NCBI GenBank assembly: GCA_964568585.1
Contig: CAZMQI010000003.1
Location: 32,975 to 96,974, forward strand
Source of the DNA: an uncultured Rhodospirillales bacterium
GTDB lineage: Bacteria; Pseudomonadota; Alphaproteobacteria; UBA9219; RGZA01
Direction of reading: 5' to 3'
Length of the DNA stretch: 64,000 nucleotides
Shown here: positions 51,468 through 61,123 of the stretch, piece after piece
Numbering within the stretch: position 1 is the first letter of the stretch
How the letters are laid out: each line of letters opens with the position of its first letter
The notes under the pieces: generated by a model
The model's database searches: none
Told to the model about the DNA's origin: nothing
What the model saw: only the letters and a program-made list of their open reading frames with translations
Translations under genes and position numbers: made by a program

Positions 51468-53146
51468 GGGGACACATGAAAAACTTTCAATCCTTTTTTG
51501 CGATGGTAGCAAAAGGCACAGCGGTTGCAGGTGTAGTGTTCACGGTTGCGCTGTTCTCCGTACACGGTAATGCGGCGTTTGATACTCAAATGCTTACGGC
51601 TCCCAAGGGACTTGGTGGGCCGCCTGCATCCGATATCGGGCTTTTGAAAATTCAAGAAGGGCTGCAAACGATAACCACAGCCATCAACAATCTTGAAAAG
51701 AGAATGGAACGGCTTTCCGGTACACAAACTTCCCAAACAGCGCAAAGTGACCAGTTGAGAATGCGTTTAGCTGAAGCACAGGCTCGCGATAATCGGGCTG
51801 GCGAAATGCAATCCGCAAACGTCGCGATTGCGATGGCAAACCAAGCACCGCGTGTTGCTGCAGCATATGAATTAATGGGTGCAACTGGCTGGTCGGAAGC
51901 AGATACCAACGCAACGGGTATGTGGGTACGACAAGTATCAGAAATGGCGGAAAACATAAATCCGCCTAATAAAGATATGACCAAGAATGAATATATGGAA
52001 AAGATTGTTGCCGCAGGTTGCGAGTCTGGTTCGATGACCAAGACCGAAGCAGAACGTGCAGGTTGTTCATCTAGCGGAAAATATGCTGGCACATTCTGCA
52101 ATCCAGCAAAATGGTCAACAGTAAAAGGCATTGAAACAAAACCTGGCAGCCCAGGCGCAAATGCGATGATGGCTACGGTGGCGTGCACATCATCCCGTTT
52201 TGCCGAAGTGCTTCCAACGGGTGACTTGCTGCGTAATCCGTCACGCACCAGCGAGCTGAATAAAAGAGGCTTAAAGCAATTGGCCAAATATTATGAAATC
52301 GACCCTGCTTATCTTGAACAGGCCGCATATGGTAACTTCGTTGCGGGTGTGACTAGAGCGACTAATAACTTTGCAGCGATAGGTTGCATCGCAAATGGTT
52401 CTGCTTCCCGCACATCGCGCCCTGACGGTGATTGGGGTGCTGATTATAAGGCATGCCGCAATATCCTTAAGGAAGAAGGCAAGGCAGGACCTCAAGAAGG
52501 CGAAATGACACGCGACGATGTTTTGAAATGCCGTGAAATGGTCGCCCGCAGAACCATGAAGGATGCACCAAAGCAACCAGGGGTGAATGGTGGCAATATG
52601 TTGCAATTGGGCCTTTCTGCAAATCAGGCTAGCCGCGGTGAGCGCGACCAGCTCGGTTCATCGCAAGGCAATTCAAGTTGCCAAGGCGATGCCGCGATGC
52701 AGGAAAGCATCAGTCAGGTTGCGCTATACATGCAAAGTCCGATTTTCTTGGCACGTGTTAAGGATGGCTCGTTCATGAAAACGCGTCTGGCATGGCGTGA
52801 AGAGCTGAAGGGCATCAACAAGCAATTGGAAGTCCAATACGCAGAAATGATTAGGGAATATAAACTTGGTGCCGCCTATTCGTTGTATGCGTTCAATGAA
52901 CCAGAACCAGGCCCAACAACACTTGCCGAATTATTCGCAGATGTTGGTGTGGATATGAAAACGCTTATCCCGACCAAGGGCGATATGCGCTTTTCGGGCA
53001 TGACTGCGTTGCTGTCACCTGAACAGATTGATTCAGTGACCGGCGCTGCGGTTCAGCTGGCATTACGCGATGGCTTACCAGTTCCCGGTAAGTCGGTGGA
53101 TGCTGCGCCGCTTGCCACACAAACACTGCTTGTCTCGGCTAAATAA
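51461..53146 (+). CDS. Hypothetical secreted protein (561 aa)
   Basis: Signal or TM segment GTAVAGVVFTVALFSVHGNA, then a long hydrophilic protein with several Cys. Confidence 0.45.
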   Translation: MLGGHMKNFQSFFAMVAKGTAVAGVVFTVALFSVHGNAAFDTQMLTAPKGLGGPPASDIGLLKIQEGLQTITTAINNLEKRMERLSGTQTSQTAQSDQLRMRLAEAQARDNRAGEMQSANVAIAMANQAPRVAAAYELMGATGWSEADTNATGMWVRQVSEMAENINPPNKDMTKNEYMEKIVAAGCESGSMTKTEAERAGCSSSGKYAGTFCNPAKWSTVKGIETKPGSPGANAMMATVACTSSRFAEVLPTGDLLRNPSRTSELNKRGLKQLAKYYEIDPAYLEQAAYGNFVAGVTRATNNFAAIGCIANGSASRTSRPDGDWGADYKACRNILKEEGKAGPQEGEMTRDDVLKCREMVARRTMKDAPKQPGVNGGNMLQLGLSANQASRGERDQLGSSQGNSSCQGDAAMQESISQVALYMQSPIFLARVKDGSFMKTRLAWREELKGINKQLEVQYAEMIREYKLGAAYSLYAFNEPEPGPTTLAELFADVGVDMKTLIPTKGDMRFSGMTALLSPEQIDSVTGAAVQLALRDGLPVPGKSVDAAPLATQTLLVSAK

Positions 53147-53167
53147 GGCCTGAGTTTACTTTTTAAA

Positions 53168-53206
53168 GCCCGCCCCGACCGTTAAATGTTGGGGCGGGTT
53201 TTTTTA
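53168..53206 (+). terminator. Rho-independent terminator after the secreted-protein run
   Basis: Hairpin cccgcccc-gaccgttaaatgtt-ggggcggg followed by TTTTTTT. Confidence 0.55.
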
Positions 53207-53394
53207 TGCTTATCTGCTTGTTTTTTGGTCTTAAATCGGGCATTCATGCGCGAATTTAGCGTTCAGACCATTTTTTAAAGCAGTGCCGATAAGCTTCTAT
53301 CAACGAATACTCTTTATGATTTATGACTTGCCTAGCAATTAGGACGACATTTTAACCAATTTTTTAACCCTTAAGGCCATACCCTGTACCCCTG

Positions 53395-54282
53395 ATGAGT
53401 GACGCAGCCGCTTTAAAAACCACTGGCTCTGCCGCCCCCAGCAATAATGGGCCAAGCGGTAATCGCATGAAGTTGCATGCGCGCGTCGCCGTGCTCAAAC
53501 ATGTGGTAACGCCGCTGTTACAGGCGATGGCGGAAGTTAAGAACGCTAATAAAGAAAACCCGTCAACGCCAACCCCCGAAGAAGAAGCGCAAACGCTTGG
53601 CACTCTGGTTGATGGTGCGATGGCGCTTTCCAAAGCGACAACCGAAAATTTCAACGAAGCAGGCGGCGCGATTGAAGATAGCGTGCGCTGGATGATTGTG
53701 CATGCATCAACCCAAACCGTGGCAGCGCGCTACCGCGCAACAGGCACCATCATTGCTGCCGAAGAAGCGGTGAACCTTGCCAAGACTACATTTGAAATCA
53801 AAGACAAATTCCAAAGTCAGAGCGTTGCACAGGGCGAGTCAGTTCCCAATACCTTGGGAATATTTCGTGCCAAGATGCTTGAAGCACTGGTTCCAGTTGT
53901 TAACGCTGTCGCCCAATATTCGTTTGGCCGTGCCGAACATTTACTTTTGGCGCAAGTCGCCGAACGTTTATTAAAGACCGCAGACCAGGTTACCCGAAGC
54001 CTTGCGCCTGCTGGATGTACCCCAAAAGACTGGCGTTTATTGTGTTGGAGCGTGCTTTTGGCTGCGGGTTACCTGTATTCCGATTGCCACTTTGCAGAAG
54101 CCGATCGTTTGCTTTATATGGATAAGGAAGAACGCGACGTTTATTTTAAAGAGCACGATAATATGCCACCGCTACATTTTGTATGGCAATCCTTTGACCA
54201 ACGCATGTCCATGCTAGCCACCCTTATCACTTATCTTGATGTGCCGGAATCCGCACGTCTTGATGAACAGCAGATGGAGTAA
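53395..54282 (+). CDS. Hypothetical cytoplasmic protein
   Basis: 295 aa, no signal peptide. Precedes the lytic transglycosylase gene with a 3-nt spacer. Confidence 0.4.
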   Translation: MSDAAALKTTGSAAPSNNGPSGNRMKLHARVAVLKHVVTPLLQAMAEVKNANKENPSTPTPEEEAQTLGTLVDGAMALSKATTENFNEAGGAIEDSVRWMIVHASTQTVAARYRATGTIIAAEEAVNLAKTTFEIKDKFQSQSVAQGESVPNTLGIFRAKMLEALVPVVNAVAQYSFGRAEHLLLAQVAERLLKTADQVTRSLAPAGCTPKDWRLLCWSVLLAAGYLYSDCHFAEADRLLYMDKEERDVYFKEHDNMPPLHFVWQSFDQRMSMLATLITYLDVPESARLDEQQME

Positions 54283-54285
54283 GCG

Positions 54286-54795
54286 ATGGCGATGTCAGCA
54301 CTTCAGGTTTTTGCTTCCTGCCTCATGCTTTCGGCGCAGACCTATGCGGTGCCACCGCAAGTGATGGTCGGCATCCTGCATGTCGAAGGCGGAAAAGTCG
54401 GCCAAGAAGTTGGCCCGAATGTGAACGGCACCTACGATTTGGGACCGATGCAGGTCAATACCTTGTGGATACCGCAACTCGCTAAATACTGGCAGGTTGA
54501 TAACAAGACCGCGCATAAATGGGTGCGTGATAATTCCTGCGTGAACCTGCATGTGTCGGCGTGGATTTTGCGTCAGAAGCTTGATCAGGCTGGCGGAAAT
54601 TTATTCAACGGCATCGCACGCTATCATTCTGCGACTCCAGCATTTGGCCATAATTATGCGTATAAAGTTATCAAAGCTATGGATAGGCAGGGTTTGATTG
54701 ACTATTCTAACAGCGGCAACGGATCGGGTAATTCCTATGCGGGTGATACCGGAAACCGCAAAGGGAAAACCATTCGCGTTGCGGATGTGAACTAG
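54286..54795 (+). CDS. T4SS-associated lytic transglycosylase (SLT domain; VirB1/IagB/TrbN-like)
   Basis: Signal peptide. Catalytic Glu context GILHVEGG and motif GPMQVN. Confidence 0.7.
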   Translation: MAMSALQVFASCLMLSAQTYAVPPQVMVGILHVEGGKVGQEVGPNVNGTYDLGPMQVNTLWIPQLAKYWQVDNKTAHKWVRDNSCVNLHVSAWILRQKLDQAGGNLFNGIARYHSATPAFGHNYAYKVIKAMDRQGLIDYSNSGNGSGNSYAGDTGNRKGKTIRVADVN

Positions 54796-54831
54796 TCGTT
54801 TTTTAAATCTCATCGTTTTGTTGGGCCCTTG

Positions 54832-55887
54832 ATGAAACTTGCATATGTAAAATCTGTTATGGCTGCGCTTATGGTAAGCGCGCTTATTGCTGTCCCTGCT
54901 TTTGCTGCTCAAAAAAAGGAAGCCGCTCATAAAGAGGCTGCCAAAGAAACAGTTGTTCCCTTGGCGGCTTCACCATCTGCAAAAGAGCCTGCGACAGAAC
55001 CATCACCTGCCACCGCTGTTCCAGCAGATGCTGCTGCGATACCTGCCGCGCCAGTAAATGTTCCCGATACATCCAATATCTTGTTTATGCAGAATATGCG
55101 TAAGATTGGGGCGACCATTTATTATCTTGGCGAGAATTTAGGTCTGCATGGCTGGTTTGTGGTCAAGGATGGACAAGTACAAATCATCTACACAACGCCG
55201 GATCAAAAAGCGTTACTGGTCGGCGCGTTGCTATCTCCTGAAGGCGCGAATGTATCGCAGCAACAAGTGATGGTGCTGGCCAATAACAATCCTGAAATTC
55301 AAAAAATCTTAAGGGGTTCTGCTGCCGTTACAGGCCAGCCACCAAAACCTGCGCCAGCTGTAGCAAATGATGTGCTGCATGCCGCAACGGGTGTTGCGCC
55401 AGCCCCAGCAAAAGCACCGCAAGAGTCGCCCAGTGAGAAATTCTTTGGTGAGCTTCTCAAGGCTACCAATGTAACATTCGGCAAAGAAGGCGCGCCGCAA
55501 TTGCTGATGATTATGGATGTGAATTGCCCGCATTGTCATAACGCATGGAAGAATATGCAGCCATTGGTTGATGGCGGAAAATTGCGCGTGACGATGATTC
55601 CTATCAAAGCACTTGGCCCTCAATCGGAGTTGGAAGGCGCGAATTGGCTTTCTAAAAAAGATCCATACGAAGCATGGAAGAAGCGCATTGCAGGTGACGA
55701 AACCGTTTTCAGAAGCGGCCAACAGGATACTGAAAAAGAAAAAGGTGTCTTTGCAAATACAGTGCTAGTCAAACATTGGGGTGTAATGCAAACGCCATAC
55801 ATTCTATATCGCGGTAAAAACGACAAAATCCGGTTGATTGAAGGTGAGCCAAAAAGCATCGACGAAATCATGTCGGATATAAAGTAA
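54832..55887 (+). CDS. DsbC/DsbG-family thiol:disulfide isomerase (IncI TrbB-like)
   Basis: Signal peptide, Ala/Pro-rich linker, thioredoxin-fold motif CPHC. Confidence 0.7.
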   Translation: MKLAYVKSVMAALMVSALIAVPAFAAQKKEAAHKEAAKETVVPLAASPSAKEPATEPSPATAVPADAAAIPAAPVNVPDTSNILFMQNMRKIGATIYYLGENLGLHGWFVVKDGQVQIIYTTPDQKALLVGALLSPEGANVSQQQVMVLANNNPEIQKILRGSAAVTGQPPKPAPAVANDVLHAATGVAPAPAKAPQESPSEKFFGELLKATNVTFGKEGAPQLLMIMDVNCPHCHNAWKNMQPLVDGGKLRVTMIPIKALGPQSELEGANWLSKKDPYEAWKKRIAGDETVFRSGQQDTEKEKGVFANTVLVKHWGVMQTPYILYRGKNDKIRLIEGEPKSIDEIMSDIK

Positions 55888-55914
55888 GAGTGAACACGTA
55901 ACCAAGGTGACGCT

Positions 55915-56199
55915 ATGGCTAATATGTTAGACAAGTTTAAGGAAAAGATTTCCGGCACACCGCCAAAGAAAAGCGGTGTCACGGTCTATACATCTGGCCC
56001 GCTTGCAAGACCTGTTGAGCGTCAAGCAGCACCGGAATCAACATTACCACATGCCGCCGCCATTTATGGCGCTGCTGCCGCCATATTTGCCGTGTTGACC
56101 GTTTATTATCTGATTAAGGGACATTGGTTCACCGGTACGGTGATGATTCTTCCAACCTTGTGCCTGGGTGGATTTGCATATCACCACATGAAAAACTAA
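55915..56199 (+). CDS. Small membrane protein (94 aa)
   Basis: Two hydrophobic helices at the C-terminus. Confidence 0.3.
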   Translation: MANMLDKFKEKISGTPPKKSGVTVYTSGPLARPVERQAAPESTLPHAAAIYGAAAAIFAVLTVYYLIKGHWFTGTVMILPTLCLGGFAYHHMKN

Positions 56200-56402
56200 G
56201 CCATCCGCTTAGCCAGCATTTTGCCGGAAAGTTTTGTCCTGCTGTTTTACCGTCGCAAATATGACACAGGCGGTGTCACGATTCAGCACAGACTCTTGTA
56301 ACAAATCACCGACCAAGTCATAGTTTTTCATTAAGCGAATCAGTTGGTTAGAGTTTTGGCCAATCGGCTCGTTTTGAATGGATGACTTGAACCGGAATAC
56401 TC

Positions 56403-56981
56403 ATGGCGATACATCGCGCATCTTTTTACAAAGTCACTTGTTTAGAAAATGCGGGCCGCTTTTTACGCGTTTGCATCTTGCTTGGGTTGATAACTGTTTC
56501 CACCATTACCCTGACAGGGTGCGCGGATGATGATATTGAAAATCCGGCCATGCTTCCTGTGTATGCAACCCCTGTTGACCCCGATCCGGTTGGTCTGCGC
56601 TTAGCACAAGCAGCGGAGCGCGCGACCCAGGCACAAAACAAAATGGCGCAAATTGAATCATTCCGCACGCCGTTGCCAACGCAAGATGGCCTTGGCACAT
56701 CACTTCCCGGCACCGCGCAAATCACCAGCGTGACATGGACTGGCCCCATCGATCAGATTACCCGCACGCTTTCTGAAATGGCTGGTTTGAGCTTTAAGGT
56801 AACTGGAAAAGAACCGCCTTTGCCAATGATAGTAAGTGTCAATGCGCACCAGGAGCCCATAAGCAAAATTCTACAGGATATTGGTGCGCAGGCTGGGCGG
56901 CGGGCTGACTTGATTATCGACCCCACGAATAGAACGCTTGATCTGCATTATGCACCGACCGATGGACTCAATTATTACTAA
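56403..56981 (+). CDS. DotD (TraH)-like outer-membrane lipoprotein
   Basis: Lipobox LTGC, a disordered linker, and a C-terminal domain of about 90 aa (secretin-N0-like position). First gene of a dotD-dotC-dotB order. Confidence 0.55.
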   Translation: MAIHRASFYKVTCLENAGRFLRVCILLGLITVSTITLTGCADDDIENPAMLPVYATPVDPDPVGLRLAQAAERATQAQNKMAQIESFRTPLPTQDGLGTSLPGTAQITSVTWTGPIDQITRTLSEMAGLSFKVTGKEPPLPMIVSVNAHQEPISKILQDIGAQAGRRADLIIDPTNRTLDLHYAPTDGLNYY

Positions 56982-57015
56982 TCATCGCGCACCTTTAAAA
57001 AAGCCGCGCAGGTTC

Positions 57016-57864
57016 ATGGCCGCGTTGCTTGCCTGCGCGTTGATGATTGGAATAAGTCACGCTGCATTCGCTGACAATGAAGAAAACCGTGATGCGCCAG
57101 CGCCGCCACCGCCCAATTTCAATCAGATGCAATCGTGGCTGAAGATTAAAGATGATGATGCGGAAGAACACGAAGAACAAGCCAAGAAAAAAATCGGTGT
57201 ACAAATCCGTGTTGATGCGTTGAAAGAAGCTGCGCTGTCGTATGGCGCACGCGGCGGTCTTGCATGGCGCACATTCCAAATTCAACGTCGCCTAGCGGAG
57301 AACGAAGGCAATATCACCAAGATTTTCAATTTCGGTAATTTGCTGATTGCCGCGCCATCTGGATTGATGATTGAACCACCCGTGGTGACCGAAGCACAAA
57401 AAGCGGTCATCGTCGCCAATGGCGGACAAAATGCTGCCGTGGCTGACCGTGTCTATCGTATCAATCGCAATGCCCGCATTGTGACCGCAGCTAAAAACTG
57501 GCGTGCTTATCTGGAGCGTGATTGGGGCAGGGTGGAACCGCCCCCTAACGCTTTGGTTCCCAAGAACGAAGAAGAGCTCGCCCATTGGCGTCGCCAGCTG
57601 GCTTTGGGCTGGCAAGAAGGAATTCGTCAGGCAGATGACATATTTCAGGCCGATTTGGACCGTTTAAACACAGATTATTTAGGAATGGTAAGGTATCGTG
57701 AGTTGTTGGCTCAGGGCATCATTACACCGCCCTATGCCACGCAAGAAGATAGAGGCGTAACCGGTGGTGGCAGCGAAATGCGTATTGGCGATCGCGGCCT
57801 CGTCATTACCGGACCGTCGCAGTTTAACCCGAAGAGTGAACGATGGATCACGGCTCCGCGCTAG
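57016..57864 (+). CDS. DotC (TraI)-like lipoprotein
   Basis: Lipobox LLAC at the Met 57016 start (the ORF is open from 56938). About 280 aa. Lies between the dotD-like and dotB genes. Confidence 0.55.
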   Translation: MAALLACALMIGISHAAFADNEENRDAPAPPPPNFNQMQSWLKIKDDDAEEHEEQAKKKIGVQIRVDALKEAALSYGARGGLAWRTFQIQRRLAENEGNITKIFNFGNLLIAAPSGLMIEPPVVTEAQKAVIVANGGQNAAVADRVYRINRNARIVTAAKNWRAYLERDWGRVEPPPNALVPKNEEELAHWRRQLALGWQEGIRQADDIFQADLDRLNTDYLGMVRYRELLAQGIITPPYATQEDRGVTGGGSEMRIGDRGLVITGPSQFNPKSERWITAPR

Positions 57865-59045
57865 CATCTGGTCAAGGCCTTGTCGTCGGTTCTGCCGAAA
57901 TGGATTTTTGGCCGGATGAGCCACCGCGTATTCGCGTCGAGCTGGTTGATGATCTGATCCTGTGGTGCGTGATGCAGCGCGCCAGCGATATCACCATTCA
58001 ATCCGACCGCCCGACCTATATCGAAGTTGACGGAAAATTATTTCCTGTAACGCGTCGTTCCATCGACAGCGCCGACATCGCGGCCTTCGTCACCAAAATG
58101 TATGGGCTTGATGCCATGGCCGCATTGACGGCGGGTAAAGATCTGGATTTATCCTACGAAATCCGCGTCGATCGAAATACACGCTTCCGTTTCCGTGTGA
58201 ACATCACCGCGATTTTAAGTAAAGGACGCGATGGCGTTTCCATTACCATGCGCGTGCTTCCGAATGTCCCGCCGCGTATGAGCGATCTTGGAATTGAAAA
58301 GGAATTGATTGATGCGTGGGCACCGCGCCAGGGTCTTGTGTTCGTAACGGGACCAACGGGTTCTGGTAAGACAACGCTGTTAGCCGCTGGTACACGCATG
58401 CTCATCGAACGTCCTGAAGGCGCAGGAAAGATGCTCACTTATGAAGCGCCGATTGAATATGTGTATGACCAGATTGTCGGCCCGCACAGTGTAATCGCGC
58501 AAAGTGAAATCCCGCGCAATCTGCCAAGCTTTGCTGCGGGAGTTCGTAACTCGTTGCGCCGCAAACCGAACATCATTCTGGTGGGTGAAGCCCGTGACCG
58601 CGAAACGGTTTCTGCCGCGATTGAAGCGGGGCAGACGGGTCACTTGGTATATGCCACAACCCATACCATCGGTGTGGCGGCAACGGTTCGCCGTCTTGTG
58701 TCTGTATTTGATTCAGGCGAACGTTTGGAGCGCGCCTATGCATTGATCGAAACAACGCGTTTAATCGTCACGCAGGCACTTGTACCACGTGTGGGCGGTG
58801 GACGTATCGCGCTTCGTGAATATCTGATTTTCGATGAACATGTGCGCGAGCATCTGTTGGAAACACCACTTGAAAACTGGACATCCGAAACGCAGAACAT
58901 GCTCGAGAAGTATGGCCGCACGATGCAGAAATCGGCCAACGAGATTTATAGCCAAGGCTTGATTGATCGCCGCCATTACCTATTATTGTCGCGTGGCTTT
59001 GGCGATGAAAATGTTGATGAAAAACCTGCTGGCCACGCTCAATAG
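57843..59045 (+). CDS. DotB (TraJ)-like secretion ATPase of the PilT/VirB11 superfamily
   Basis: Walker A VFVTGPTGSGKTT and Asp/His boxes. 400 aa. Confidence 0.85.
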   Translation: MDHGSALASGQGLVVGSAEMDFWPDEPPRIRVELVDDLILWCVMQRASDITIQSDRPTYIEVDGKLFPVTRRSIDSADIAAFVTKMYGLDAMAALTAGKDLDLSYEIRVDRNTRFRFRVNITAILSKGRDGVSITMRVLPNVPPRMSDLGIEKELIDAWAPRQGLVFVTGPTGSGKTTLLAAGTRMLIERPEGAGKMLTYEAPIEYVYDQIVGPHSVIAQSEIPRNLPSFAAGVRNSLRRKPNIILVGEARDRETVSAAIEAGQTGHLVYATTHTIGVAATVRRLVSVFDSGERLERAYALIETTRLIVTQALVPRVGGGRIALREYLIFDEHVREHLLETPLENWTSETQNMLEKYGRTMQKSANEIYSQGLIDRRHYLLLSRGFGDENVDEKPAGHAQ

Positions 59046-59206
59046 TCCAGACGTATCTATCCAATCTATAACGCGTGCGTAATGCGTCAGTAATGCTTGT
59101 AATTATTATATAAATTGCAGTGGTAAGGTGTCGTTAGCAAATACACTTTATGCTGAATCCTGTTTCAACGTAACCACCGTATAACACTCAATCATGGAAC
59201 CACGCA

Positions 59207-59614
59207 TTGGATACACACTGGCGAAATAGTATGAAGCCCGCGCGCTTTTTTATGCTTGATGCACGCGCTGCATGGCCAGTGCTTGTCATGCTGTTGCACA
59301 TGCGTTTTTATACGATGATTTTTGCTGTGTTCGTGATGGTTGTATTCTATTTTCTGGAGCAACGCGGTCTGAGTTTTTTTGCAGCGCTTCGTGCATTCAG
59401 AGTTTGGATTGTTACCAAGAAGCGACCCAATTATCGCCCCAGTGACATGACGCGCATGGTCGACTTCGCATTCGAACCATTGCCACAAAGGTTTATTAAC
59501 GAGAAGCCCGCTCCAAAGACCGGATTTGCACCGGGCGGAAAAACTGTGAACGGCGAATCAGTTGCACCCAGCCACAATAAGGCAACGGTGCCTCCTGCCA
59601 AAAAATCTCAATAG
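59207..59614 (+). CDS. IcmT/TraK-like small membrane protein
   Basis: N-terminal motif HWRNSMKPARFFMLDARAAWPVLVMLLH and two TM helices. Sits after dotB, matching the R64 traH-I-J-K order. Confidence 0.45.
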   Translation: MDTHWRNSMKPARFFMLDARAAWPVLVMLLHMRFYTMIFAVFVMVVFYFLEQRGLSFFAALRAFRVWIVTKKRPNYRPSDMTRMVDFAFEPLPQRFINEKPAPKTGFAPGGKTVNGESVAPSHNKATVPPAKKSQ

Positions 59615-59764
59615 AAAATCAACCAAAAATTAATACATTCGAAACAATTTAGGCTCTGCTTTGGCTGTAAGGCGAGAAAATTGTTGCACAACCATCACAC
59701 TTGCTGTTCTCTCGCTGTCGCGACGCGGCTAAACGTTTGGTGAATAAGAATCTTCTTCCCTAAG

Positions 59765-61120
59765 ATGCGTAAGCCAATTGAGTACCCTCACGATAGTCGT
59801 GCGTCGATTTTTGGTGCAAGAGGGGATTTTTTAAAGGCAGGAATGAACATGAAAAGAAGTCATATGGGACTATTTTATAAGGCTATTACCATCGTTTCTT
59901 TTTTATCGATTGCGTTGATAGGCCACGACTTGCAAGCCGTCACGCTAGGGACATCATCAGCAAAGCAAATCGGTTTTAGAGTTGCAAATTCAGGCGCCAC
60001 CAATGGCGCCACACAAAATCAAGGCATCATTGATCAGCCACCTGTCGTTATTCAGGGTCGTTCAGGAAACGCCCAGCAGCAATCCCAACAACAAGCCCCG
60101 CAAAATCAGAATACTGCGCGCGCGCCAAATGGTTACGCGCAAGCTGGCGCTCCATCCATGGCGATGGAACCGGTTGTTGAAGGGTTTGGTGACAAGGTTC
60201 CGCTCACCGTTGCCATCCAGCAAATTCTTCCACAAGGTTATGGCTACACATTAGGCGACGGCGTTGATGCAGGTCAGCTTGTTAGCTGGCGCGGTGGTCG
60301 TTCGTGGTCAGCTGTGTTGCAGGACATGCTTGGTCAGGCCGGTCTTGCTTATTCGGTAAATGGACGTTCTGTTGCGATTAATGGCAATGGTGCATCCCCA
60401 ACCATCGTAACTGGTACGCCTTCGATGCGTGTTCAGCCGCAACCTGTTATCCAGCCTGTTCAATCAGCCCCGGTTGTTGTTCAACAGCCAGTGATGATGG
60501 ATCCAGTGCCTGTCATGCAACCACAACCACAAATGGTCATGCAGCAACCTCAAATGCAACCAATGATGCAGGTGCAGCCGCAGATGCAGCCAGTGATGAT
60601 GCAGCCGCAGCCGCAAATGGTTATGCAGCAACCCCAGATGCAACCAATGGTGCAGTCACAGCCAATGATGATGCAGCCGCAAGGTCAGCAACAAGTAGTG
60701 ATGATGCAGCAGCAGCCACAAATGATGATGGTCGATCCACTAGGTCAACCCATGATGATGCAGCAGATGGCGCCGGCACAACAAGTTGTGCCAGCTTCAA
60801 CGGCACCTCAGCCATTGCAAATCGAAAATCCATTAGTGTTCCAATCGCAAACATGGACCGCTGCTCCTGGTCAAACGCTTCGCACATTGCTTCAAAACTG
60901 GTGTGCACGCGTTGGTGTCGAACTGAACTGGACTGCGGAATTCGATTACCCAATTATGGCGACGATGAATATGACGGGCACGTTTGAAGAAGCGGTTCGC
61001 GTATTGCTCATAGGATTTGATGGCGCAAAACCAACGCCACGCGGACGTTTGCACTACAACCCGGCAGCCGGACAATCGATTTTGATTGTTGAAGCTGACG
61101 GCAATCATTATGGGGACTAA
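59765..61120 (+). CDS. PilL/TcpQ-like periplasmic protein with a Gln/Pro/Met-rich repeat spacer
   Basis: Signal peptide. Low-complexity (QPQMQPMMQ)n region. C-terminal region of about 100 aa resembling the TcpQ C-terminal domain, directly upstream of a secretin lipoprotein. Confidence 0.45.
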   Translation: MRKPIEYPHDSRASIFGARGDFLKAGMNMKRSHMGLFYKAITIVSFLSIALIGHDLQAVTLGTSSAKQIGFRVANSGATNGATQNQGIIDQPPVVIQGRSGNAQQQSQQQAPQNQNTARAPNGYAQAGAPSMAMEPVVEGFGDKVPLTVAIQQILPQGYGYTLGDGVDAGQLVSWRGGRSWSAVLQDMLGQAGLAYSVNGRSVAINGNGASPTIVTGTPSMRVQPQPVIQPVQSAPVVVQQPVMMDPVPVMQPQPQMVMQQPQMQPMMQVQPQMQPVMMQPQPQMVMQQPQMQPMVQSQPMMMQPQGQQQVVMMQQQPQMMMVDPLGQPMMMQQMAPAQQVVPASTAPQPLQIENPLVFQSQTWTAAPGQTLRTLLQNWCARVGVELNWTAEFDYPIMATMNMTGTFEEAVRVLLIGFDGAKPTPRGRLHYNPAAGQSILIVEADGNHYGD

Positions 61121-61123
61121 ACT

